DNA of 64,000 nucleotides from assembly GCA_977862235.1 (NCBI GenBank), contig OZ374559.1, positions 186,001 to 250,000 on the forward strand. The letters run 5' to 3'. Under the pieces are notes generated by a model that did not search any database, was not told where the DNA came from, and saw only the letters and a program-made list of their open reading frames with translations. The DNA comes from Dudresnaya verticillata. Its lineage: Eukaryota. The position numbers and the translations under genes were made by a program. Shown here piece after piece: positions 1 through 10,876 of this stretch; position 1 is the stretch's first letter, and each line of letters begins with the position of its first letter.

Positions 1-2586
1 AGTACCAAGTTGGCTGCGCACTCTTTCAAACGCAGCCTGATGGCGAACGGAAGCCGCGTGGCTTCTGGTCACGCTCGTTAACCGCTCCGGAGCGCAACTA
101 CTCGGTATCCGAAAAGGAATGCCTAGCAGTAGTCTGGTCGATCACGACGTTGAGACCGTACCTTCAGATGGAGTCCTTCGTAGTCCATACGGACCATTCG
201 TCATTGAGGTGGCTCATGGAAATCAGCGACCCCTCGGGACGGTTAATGAGATGGCGCCTTCGCCTCTCTGAGTTCGACTTCGTCGTGAAGTATAAAAAGG
301 GGTACCTGAACACTCAGGCAGATGCCCTCTCACGTCTACAGACGAACGGCGAAACTGTCGAACCAATCGACGATGATATCCCGTGTTACCACGGAAGTTG
401 CGTCAAAGACGAGGATCACCCGTCAGAGGACGGCTACGCTCACGCAGAAAGCGATACGTCAAACGCCAAGGGCGAAGTCGGTTTCTCCGAACAAGACTTC
501 GAGGAGTTCGACCAGATGTTGATTACCAACGCGCCACCGGCGGATGAAGTGCTCCTCCGTCAATTGACGCATGAAGAGTTGGTGCATGCTCAGGGCAGTG
601 ACCAGTACTGTTCCAAGATCCGGAAACGTCTAGACGACGGAGACAACCTTCCGTTTGCAACGGATGAACAGGGACTATTGGTTCGGACCGTCGGGGCCCG
701 ACCTCAAGTCGTTGTACCATCCGCGTTACGCGTTCGATTGCTCCATCTCCGGCATCATGCCAAATTAGCAGGACATCCCGGAGGGCGGAAGCTGTACCAT
801 ACGCTTTGACGCGAGTATTATTGGCCGTCTATGTCGGTGGACTGTTACGAGACCGTCCGCAATTGCGTTACTTGCGCGAAGAACCGGGTCCTGATGCGAA
901 AGAACGTGAAGGAGATGAAAATGTTCCCAGCAACCGAGCCTCTCGAGTTTGTGTCCATCGATATACTCGGGGAGCTCATACGCACTAAGCGGGGGAATAA
1001 GTTCCTACTCGTCATCGTGGACCGCTTCTCAAAGCTGGTCCGGACGGTTCCCTTACGTAAGATTACGGCATTGAAAATCGCTAAGGCGTTTGTTCGACAC
1101 TGGGTGTTCGTGTATGGCCCATCCAAGAAGCTGCTGTCCGACAACGGGCCGCAATTTGTAGCCAAGTTGTTTCAGGACGTCTGCCGCATCTTAGGGGTGG
1201 AGAATCTCTTCACCACTACATACCATCCGCAGTGTAACGGCCAAGTGGAACGATTCAATCGAAACATCCTCGCCTCCCTGCGTCACTACGTAGCAGACCA
1301 CCCCAGCGACTGGGATCTGTTCACCGATGCCTTGACGTTCGCGTACAATACGAAACTGCACTCGTCTACCCACCTCGCTCCATTCGAACTGGTGTTATCT
1401 AAGACCCCGCGGCCATTGTCGCTGGAAGCAGAGCCGTCGCTTGAAAGCTCGCCCACTGCCGGACAGTACTACACCAAATGGTGAACCTGGCTGTCCGCGT
1501 TGATGGGAACCGCTAACGCGTCACTCGCGAAAACGCAGGAGCGTTACAAACGGAACTTCGATACTCGTCTGAGTAAATCGAAGGAGAATATCGCTGTGGG
1601 CGACTTCGCATTCGTGCGGAAGGAATACTTCGCCCGCGGCGGGAGCACCGATCGCTCAGAGCGCAAGCACAAGCTCGCGCCTGTGGCGGATGGACCGTAT
1701 CGAGTAACTCACGTCGACGACGGGACATTCACCGTCGAAAAGGGACGTGGAGAACGCGAACGTTTATCCCGGGACCGCATGGTATGGGCGCCAACCCCAC
1801 CCGGGCACGCAGCCCCCGCAACCATGCACCCACCGGGACCACCTCACGTACCGGGGCCCTGACCCCACGTCAACCGGCGAAGGAGCAGGAACCCCAGACA
1901 CGCCACAGGCGGACCCGGCAGGAGGCACAGGGACACCGCGAAGCACGGACGACGCGCAGGAGCGAATGAATGCAACTCCATTAACTCGAAGGTTAGCAGA
2001 GCTCTCGCCCTTCACCGCTAACCCCGACGACGGTGTATCGCAATCCGTCTCCGACGAGGAGGAGGCTCCCGGCATCCGTACGCGAATGGGACACGCCACC
2101 TCGGCTTCGCCGGCTACCAAGGTAGGTCCCGCTTCGAGCGCATCGAATGACGATGAGGAAGACCGCGCTAACGCGAAGGAAGCCGCTAGAAACGAGGAAC
2201 CAGTACGCAAAACCGACGAACCACAAACCGCTACGCAAGCGCTCGGGGCACCGACCCAGCGCCTCAGGCGATCGACTCGTCGAGTACGATTTGCTGAACC
2301 GGTGCAGACACCCATCACGCAACGAAGTGAACCGCCCAAGGCGTTAGAACGGCAGGAGCCCACGTCAACCGCTGCAAGCGCGAAGGAGTACGTTATCGAA
2401 CACGTTGAGTCGCACGCACACGCGGAAGACGGTGAGATCCTCTACCGCGTCAAGTGGTTTGGATACCCCGCTTCAGCGAATACCTGGGAACCCGTGTCCA
2501 GTCTACCGCGATCGCACGTCGTGCGGTATCACCGCCAGAAGCACACGCGTCTGCCGCCAAACATCGACGACGCGCAACGCGGATAA
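1..2586 (+). pseudogene. pol: Gypsy pol C-terminal part (RT-RNase H, integrase zinc finger and DDE core, GPY motif, chromodomain), disrupted
   Basis: Motifs VHTDHSSLRW/GRLMRWRLRL, HHAKLAGHPG...CVTC, VSIDILG, LLSDNGPQF, YHPQCNGQVERFN, DGPYRV and YVIEHVESH...YRVKWFGY...NTWEP. In-frame TGA stops at 807-809 and 1482-1484, plus a frame change near 1800-1860. Confidence 0.93.
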
Positions 2587-2771
2587 CCCTAGTCAGGGTG
2601 GGCGCTGGAAGCGAAACACACGCCACATCCTCATACGGATTGACGCGGGCGTGCACTCGTTACGGACGACTGGGGCTGTAATCAACCCGATCAAGGACGA
2701 TTGGGTTGGCGACACGCGAATAGGCAACCCTCTTCAGAGGGGTTCCGTAAGGACAGAACGGCTGACAGTAG

Positions 2772-5286
2772 TCAGAAGGCGTGGAGGGCGTACGCACCAC
2801 ACGAAATCGGGCAACAAACGAAATGGAAAATTTTAATGTGAAAATAATAACGCGGGCACCAGCCAGGCGGCGGCGACGGGAACCTGACAAGTGTGTACCC
2901 CAGCACTACGAGCGCCCACGAGACAACCAAGCACGGACGCGACAAACCGTCTCCGACGTCCTCGCCCAGGTGCGCCACCCACGGCCAAGTCCGAAACTCG
3001 TCACCCTTACGGGCGGCGCACGCAACCGCCTCGAAGGTGACGCCCGCGAACGTCAACGACGCGTCTCAAGCCGAAAAAGAGCCCTCACCCGCAAACAGGA
3101 GAGAAGAAAAGTCGTCGAAGACGGAGTTGGGCTACGTTTCGCGACATCCGCCGCTGGCGCCGCATCTGGCTCACAATCCGCCTTAGGCGACGACTGTCCG
3201 TCAACCGCCATAGGCGCAACGTTAGAATCATTATCCGCCTCAGGCGCTACACTAGGAAGCTCACTCGCCTTTGGCGGCGGAGCGTCCCCAACCGCCTTGG
3301 GCGAAGTCGACGGCCCCGGTACCTCCGGTGACGGGACCGCATTAACCGCCAAAGGCGTTGAACGCTCAACATCCGTCACCGACGAAGAGGCCACTGGAGC
3401 CTGCGGAGCCGCCATAGCTGCTGCCACCGCACTCGCCTTTGGCGGCCTTTTGTTAACAACGTCAGTGGACGCAATGGCGGGCGAACCCGCACAACCCGCC
3501 TTAGGCGACAAAGGCTTTTTCGCCACTCCGTCATTAGACGCCGCACCTTCGTCGTTAGACGGCAGAGTCGCAACAACGCTCGACACCGGAACCGCAGCAA
3601 CACTGGGTTGCAGAGCAGCCAGCAGCGAGTGCCCAAGGGGCGTCGTGGATGACCCACCCGACCCGTCAGTGACGACATAGGTGGCTCGCAAGAATGCGAG
3701 CACCATGCGGCGCTGCTCCTCCGTCCATTCTGGCACTGCAGGAGGTCGATTCGTACCGTCAACGACGTTAGATAGGCCGCCTTGAGGCGTAACTGCAGAC
3801 GCAGAACTCGCCACGGGCGCAGCCATAATGGCATCACCATCACCGTCTTCGACGGGCGCCGAGAGGTCCAACGGCGCAACCGACGGCAAGACAACAGGCA
3901 TCACAGCCGACGGCCCTACCGCCGTTGGCGAAATCGTCGCGGGAGCTGACGCCCCCGCAGTACGCTCAACCACCATAGGCGTAACGACGTCCGTCCCAGA
4001 CGGGTTAACCGGTCCGCTGTTAGCGTGAAACGCATCCTCTTCCGCCATCAAGGCGCTCACGTGGGGTGGGAAATCCCCCGCAAAGTCGCAATTCTTGCGC
4101 AACCCACGTGGGTGATTCGCTGGCGTGAAGCGGTCCGTACGACGATGACTCTCAGCGATGTTCTCCGTCATAAGACGTTTGGTCCACGGATTGTACCACA
4201 CCCAATCACCACAGGCGGAATGATTTCTACTCATCGCGTAACGCGGACGGTTTGCCTTACGGCGCCTGTTTCCAGGCGGCACAGCAACCGGGTCGTCCCA
4301 GTTGACGTTATCCGCCACATGGCGTAGATCCCAGAACTCTTGGCAGTTCCTGGCACCGCCCAGCGCTTCGGCCAAGTCAAGCCCGCCAAGGAGACTGAAT
4401 AAGCGTGGCGGCACGTAATAGAGTCGGAAGGTGTCATACACCTCCCACATCCATGCGTAAGTTACGTTAATGACCCACTCGGTGAAGAATACGATCCAAC
4501 ATCGGGAGTACGGATCCGTCCGCAACTCGGAACCAATATTCGTGACACACGGAGGCAATTCAGCTGCAAAGCCCTCGCAGACCTCAAAGTCTCGCCACAT
4601 CGGCGGGACGCGAATGAAGCAATGCGGCAACTTTCCCGCTCAATGCGATCGACTTGTGTATCTTGATATGGCACAAAAACGCCTTTGCGGTGGCGCGTTT
4701 CGCACTCCCAACGGACGCAGCGCTCCCAATAGAAGGTGCCCATCCTATGCAAGTATCGAAAATCCGCTTTCAAGCGTACACCAAGGAGGTTAGCCTCCTG
4801 AAGCACCCGCGGCTCAGCCGAAACAGCCACATGGTTTAGCGAAAACGTCCCAAGACGGTCCCCATAACCAACCTCGCCATTTGTGCGGTACTGCCCTGCG
4901 TCAAATGCAAAGACAGTGGGCGTCAATACCGACCCCGGGTAGCGGGTAAACCGTCGATACACGTCAACGACGAAACGCGCATGCGCATCTGCACGCGTCC
5001 GGCCGGCAGCAATACGCAGCCAACCCCTCGGAATGGCGCACCGATGGCGCCACTCGTTCGTCCATATGACGGCCAGGGGCAACTCCCCTGGCAAAAATCC
5101 GCTCACAGCGTAATGGGTAATGAGGTCCTCGTGTCGCAGGGCCTCCTGGTCGAACCAGGGGGCCCGCGAGAATAAGCGCGCATCGTTGCAGGGAGTCCTC
5201 CCGACAAAGTCGAATGGTGACGGATACACCGGCGCCGCCGAAGGCGCAGCCACTCGTAGGCCATTGAACTGTGCCATTACGTCCAA
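2772..5286 (-). pseudogene. Antisense extra ORF(s) of unknown function inside the Gypsy element, between pol and the 3' LTR; probably one frameshifted gene
   Basis: Overlapping minus-strand ORFs 4462-5286 (ATG start, 274 aa), 3053-4630 (525 aa) and 2772-3056. An aromatic-rich N-terminal half is followed by an Ala/Pro/Ser-rich linker. No domain recognised. Confidence 0.55.
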
Positions 5287-5734
5287 GACGTTGAGTAATC
5301 ACACGCCACTGGCGGAATTCACACGGTACGTCAACGACGGTTCTGGGACTCAGAAAGTCAACTACGCCAAAGGCGGAAGGACACAAAACACACGTCAACG
5401 ACGCTGGACTGAACAACGCCGAAGGCGGACCTCAAAGAAACGCCCTAGGCGATAAGCGCACGCACGCGTGCACAGATACGACGTCAACGACGGGGTTTCA
5501 CGCACGCCACTGGCAAAGTTAGTCAACGACACGTCTTCGACGAGGATTGTTCCTACGCCAAGGGCGGGGGAAACTGCACGTGCGTCTTCGACGGGGCTCA
5601 ACCAACGCCAAGGGCGGGCAAATGCCGACGCGAAGACGCGGGTGACCGACACGATCGACACTGGAAGAGACGCAGACGCGGGAAGGCAGGAAGGCTGAAG
5701 CAGGTTGACGTGTTCGCGTTTTCAGAGGGGGTCG

Positions 5735-6644
5735 TGTAGTGCCAGGGGGGTCCCCCGTTTCGCTTTCAAGCGGGTTGATATGCAGCGTCTACCGACGGAC
5801 GACCGCCAACGGCGCGCTCAACCCACCCGCGGCGCAAACACGTCACCGACGCATGCCGCTGGCCACTTGGGCCAGAACGGCTCGCTGGGCGTGCAGACCG
5901 CACGCCTGAACCCGGCCACTGTACGGCGCCACGCGTACGCGCATGGCGCAGTGGCGGGAACGTTCGCTGTAAGCGTGGCCCGAATCCGGATCCAATCGGG
6001 ATCCCACATCGGGATCCCACATCGGGATTAAGGGGTGTAGGGCACGCGCCTGTAAGCCTAGCGCATCCGCATCGCTGGCCCGAATCCGGACTGGATCGGG
6101 ATTGGTGCGGATCGAGATCGCTCGCGCCAAGGGACGCATGCGGCTGTAAGGAAATAATCCACGTGTAGGTGTAAGGACTCGAGCGGGGAAGCTACGCGTG
6201 ATCTGTCAGGAGCGCGGCTGCATGACGGACGGATCTGTCAGACGCGCCTCGGGACGACACGAGTCCCGAGTTCCCGCGTGACGCGTACATCCGCGTCGCC
6301 GCCGCTAGGTAATTCTATACTTACTTGATCCGTCTCAGACGACACAGTAAACCCCGGCAAGCCGGCCTTGGTCCAGACTTCCCCGTTCAGCAAGCGCGTA
6401 CCCTACCGCTGCCTACGGCTAAGCGTCTACCTCCGTGCTTCCACGTCTCTACCCGTCCTTGACGTGTTCCCTTTCTGTTCTCTTTTGTTCTTCTTTTCCG
6501 CCTCGGGCGTTTACAGTCCGCCCAAGGCGAGTAAACCGCTCTACCACCCGTCGCCCACGGCGAGGCTACTCATCGCCGCAGGCGTCGCTACCCACCGAGC
6601 TCCGAACTGCTCGGTCGTGTTCCGTCATCGACGTTTGCACTATA
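5735..6644 (+). repeat. 3' LTR of the Gypsy element (~910 bp)
   Basis: Starts TGTAGTGC 3 nt after the purine tract and ends GCACTATA (8-bp inverted terminus with one C>T). Contains short internal repeats (GGGATCCCACATC twice near 6000; GGCCCGAATCCGGA twice). The partner LTR is not in the window. Confidence 0.75.
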
Positions 6645-8110
6645 TGATGGGGTCGAAATCGTGTTGGATCGGGCGCATGAAGCGGGACAATCGCCTCATG
6701 ACCATGTCTCGGCGATCCTCTTGGAAGACCACCTCCACAATATATGGAGCGGTGGTAGTGGGGTACGAGATGTTGCGTAGTGCACGTCTGTCGCCATTCA
6801 TTACATCATGGAGTATGTATCGCTGTAGGTCACTCAGCCTGACCCACTTCTCATACCTGAAATAGGTGACGGTCAGGGGGCTGCTCACTTCCTAGGTATT
6901 GGGTAAGGGGCGTCGGTCGTTACAGTAGATTTGGTTCAGCGCATCCATCGTCATTGGGGGTCTGGGGTGGCGGTGTGGGCTGCAAGTGCTGCTTCGAGGA
7001 ACGTTGGTGAGTCTGAGGCTACAGCGGGGCGCACGTGAACGGCCGTTTGTCGTTGCGGTGGCAGCAGAGTTGGATCGGAGGTCGTTTTGCTGGCAGACGT
7101 ATTCCTGTGCGATGAGGGGTTCCGTAGGGTTCCTGTACTGGTAGAAAGAACGGGTTCTGCGTTCCGTCCGGCTGGTTCGTGCGCGATCGGTGGGTTTAAA
7201 CGGCTTGTGATCAGAGCTGCCAACGAGCTTGTCTGCTGTTGCGCGAACCGTGTTGCATCTTCTCGAGCGCTTTTGGAACTTTCCGTGATCTGGTTTGATA
7301 GTATGTTGGTATGGGTTTCCAGCTTGGAGTGGAAGGACACTGCCGTGTCATGAATACGTGCAGATAGCACTGTTTTCGCCTCGTCTAGGTTCTTCTCAAT
7401 GGTCTCCATTCGAGCGTGTTGCTCAACGAGTTCTTCTCTAGTTCCTTGGAGGCCTGCCTCCTGTCGTTGAACGGAGGTCTCCAGCGGCAAAAGCGAATCC
7501 AGTTGCACGTGCTCGGAGGTCTTGCCGATGCCCCGTTTTGTTTTTGTCGATGCGCCTAGACATGGCACTGGCGGCGTGACGTAAAGCGTCACCGGTTTGG
7601 AGCACGGTAAGAAGCGATGAGCCTTGGTATGTCAAGTGACAGACTTTGCAGCGGTATGCAATGCCTTCGATCTTTGTGTCATCGGTTGAGATGGGGAGCA
7701 GGGTGGCGGGGCGAGGGGTAGGGCACCGGAAGCTGACGCAGACGAGGAGCGTTTCTGGGCTGAGGAGGTGTGGCTCGGATCGGGTTGCGAGTTTGGGTAG
7801 GCAGAGCTCCCTGGGTTGCAGCCTTACATTGGGCAGTGAAAGCATGTTAGAATGCTGACCGTTGCGGGTAGTTGATTGGGCATCTCGAGAGAACAGTATT
7901 TCATGATCTGGTTGGCCGTTGGGTGGGTGACGTCAGGTGGCCTGTTTGTCCGGGTGATGGGCCGCACATTGGTAATGACAGTGAGCTGGCGCTTACGGGC
8001 TTTCGTACTGCGGGGTGCCGACTCCTCGAGTGGCGTTGGTGGAATGTCAGATATGTGCGCAACAGATGTGGGTAGGAGCATTCACTGCGCTGTACATCGA
8101 GGGGCGTCTT
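6645..8110 (-). pseudogene. Decayed non-LTR retrotransposon ORF1-like relic, cut by the Gypsy LTR
   Basis: ORF 6951-7592 has a coiled-coil-like stretch then a Pro/Ser/Thr linker. ORF 6640-6888 (PLTVTYFR..VRLSDL...LRNISY...IVEVVF...HDFDPI) aligns by eye to the young LINE ORF1 domain (PTAVYFRNIKRARLGKV...ILGLSF...VIEIVC...KNFDLF). The upstream boundary is approximate. Confidence 0.55.
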
Positions 8111-8296
8111 ACTAGAGAAATTACGCTACAACCAAAACCCGTTATTTCTCGAATGTGACGCTGAAGCGGTGGGCAGATACTGAGTCGCGAAATTTGATTG
8201 TAAAAGGACTTTACGCAAATCGGAACGTATGTCTACAGCACGACTGCTCATTCTTCTCGGACCAGACCTCGGACCTCGGACACACATCCTTGTACC

Positions 8297-9487
8297 TTGG
8301 GGGCATGCAACATGCGCCAGGCCGACTACGCCATCGGGAAGGCAAGGCGCCGTGTCAGGCGATGCGAGGCCTTACTGCGCTTTTCTATGCAGGGCCCAGC
8401 CGTCGTCCTTCAATTGCGCTGTGTCCGATGCTTGCGGTACGCACGCAGAGACGTCATCCTTATCCAATGTCAATCCCTGTCCATAACCATGCACACGTTC
8501 AACTTTAACGAATTTGGCGACGAAGAGTGCTTGCGGAACTTCCGGTTCAAGCGTGATGAACTCCCGCAGATAGTGGAGCTCTGTGCGTGGAAACGCGGAA
8601 TAACAAAACGCAATCGCTACGCCTGCTCACCGATGACTGCAGTTCGTGTCATGCTTCGCCGTCTAGCATCACCCAGCCGATGGTGTGACTTGGAGCACAT
8701 ATTTGGCATGAGAGCCTCGGCCCTCTCTGAGGTGTTTTGGAAGATTCTCGAGTCGCAGTACAGGGCACGTAACAGCCTTGTTAATACCTTTACATGTGCT
8801 TTGATGGCGCAGGGGGCACCGTAACATGCGCAAGCGGTATATGATGAAGGAGCTCCTCTCGACTCTTGCGTCGGCTTCATAGACTGTACCAAGATACAGA
8901 TGGCACGGCCTGGGGAAAACGGAATTCTACAGAGGAGTGTGTACTCCGGCCATACGCGCTTCCACTGCCTTATCTACCAGACTATAACAACCCCAGATGG
9001 TCTTATATTTCACGTGTATGGACCCGAGGAAGGCCGAAGGCATAACAGCACAGTATATAGAAAGTCTGGAATGGATGGGCTGCTGCGAGATGCGCTATTT
9101 ATTAACGGAAGGCAGTACAGTCTCTATGGAGATCCGGCTTATGTCCTCCGTCCCTGGCTGCAGGTAGGCTTTCCGTTCCAAAACGCTTCGTCCGAGCAGC
9201 TTTTATACCACAAGGAATTGAACAGCGTTAGGGACACTGTCGAGTGGATCCATAAAGAAGTAAAACAGTCGTGGACATCCCAAGACTACCGACGTAATCT
9301 TAAACTCCGTCACGCTCCTATTGCGGTGCAGTGCATATTGTCCACACATATGTTCGATCATCCTGCGAAATGTGAAGACGCTTATGGTTCATGGTGGGCA
9401 AGTTTGCAGTCGGCTAAGAATACCACCGACGTCACACTTAGTAGTTGTTTATCGATGAACGGAACAGATTCTTTAGTTGTAAAGTAA
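8297..9487 (+). pseudogene. Harbinger (HARBI1-like, DDE_Tnp_4) transposase, disrupted
   Basis: Motifs ECLRNFRF, LRRLASPSRWCDLEHIFG, CVGFIDCTKIQMARP, YSGH, GPEEGRRH, LYGDPAY, RDTVEW. In-frame TAA at 8822-8824. The true start is uncertain. Confidence 0.88.
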
Positions 9488-9659
9488 AACATTGGAGGCC
9501 ACAATTGGAGTGCAATTCCTTACCACTGTGCTCGTTACGCTTTCCAATTGTTGGTATCTGTGTGATTCCACGACGTTCTAGGCCTGGGAAGCTTGGAGCT
9601 GCCTTTTAACCGTGGTCATACGCATAGACCCACCAAATCGAGCGACGCGGGCTACGAAA

Positions 9660-10710
9660 AAGAATATTATCCAAGCTTGCGCGCAAGCGCAGCCAGAAGT
9701 TCAATTGTCATCTTGCGCTCCTGCCGTTGCGCAGCTCGATACTCCGCATCCTGTTCAAAGCGTGTTTCTTCCGGCTTGATTCGCCTCTCATCAAGGGTTA
9801 TACCTCGTAACGCTGCTTCGACGTTTTGTGCGTCGCACAGAGCTTGTCACTCATCCGTTTGGGGTCCATGTCCAAACGCCGTTGTTCAAGTTCCATACGC
9901 GTAGTCTTCGAGGCCTTGCGGGCAGATGATTCCTATTTTATCAGTGCCATGTCGTTGCGTTCCCAGATATCGACGCGGCGCTTTTTGGGGTATCCTCGCC
10001 CTCACTAGTTGCAGCGGGACTCTCGGACCGGCTTCCCTGCCTTTTCAAGGCCAAGTATCTGTTCTGATTCCCTGCGTTTAACAGCTGTTCGGCTTTCTCT
10101 GCCTTCACCAGCGTGTCCATTTCAGCTTTCTAGTCGATCTGATGGATGAGGTCGCCCAGTACTATTTCGCGTTCCTCGAGAAGTTCGGTGATACCGGACG
10201 CTCGCTCGTGGATCTTGTTGGCCGCTTGACGCTTGGTAGGCAGCTTGTTGAAACGGTCGGAAAGGGACTTAGCATAGGGTATTGGGTGTGTGTCACCCGT
10301 TTGTGGAAATAATTCCGTGAACTTGATAAACATCGCTCGGACATCTTCGTAGATCTTGATGTTCTCGCCCCAAGCAGCGATGTGGGCACTAGCGGTGTTT
10401 ATTGCCCGCAGCATCACTGTGTCCATGACTTTCGTGAAGCGGAATCACTTCGTACCAGTCGCCGAAGCTACTTTGAACAGCGCTGGCACGGGTTGGACGA
10501 GATGGGGAGCGTCCAACTCGGGAGGGGCATTGGAGGACCCAGGCGTTGATGCAGTGGGCTGCGGCCCGCGGCCATCTTCTTTTCGCTCATCAATTTCCAT
10601 TTCGGTGGCTGGAGTGTCGATGCTTGGCGTTGGTTGACGCGGGTTTGGCGCTGCGGTCCAAGAACACCTCTAAGTCTGCCTCGACGCGGATCTCGACGCC
10701 CCCTCTCATA
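9660..10710 (-). pseudogene. Second Harbinger ORF (putative Myb/SANT-like DNA-binding partner), degenerate
   Basis: Fragment 10130-10426 (AHIAAWGE...SLSDRFNKL...ERASGITE...EREIVLGDL) lies convergent to the transposase and within the TIRs. Boundaries approximate. Confidence 0.55.
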
Positions 10711-10876
10711 CTAGAAAATTTTGCGTTCGATATATCGAAATGTGTGATTTATTTAGAGACGCCTCAGTGTCCTAAGTTGTAGCTACGCTACACTATGTGG
10801 CAAGGGAGTACGTCTTCAACCTTCATGCAAACTCTAAAACATATTCGGTACTACATGCTTCCAATGCGATGATTTG

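Larger units (their letters stand above)
1..6644 (+). mobile_element. Ty3/Gypsy chromodomain-bearing LTR retrotransposon, 3' portion (5' part lies outside the window)
   Basis: Domain order RNase H - integrase - chromodomain, followed by a purine tract (AGAGGGGG, 5724-5731) and an LTR-like segment with inverted termini. Confidence 0.93.

Noticed and set aside
10695..10702. GACGCCCC as right TIR matching GGGGCGTC at 8101
   Set aside because: Only 8 bp and inside the second ORF. The longer pair at 8114/16145 fits better.
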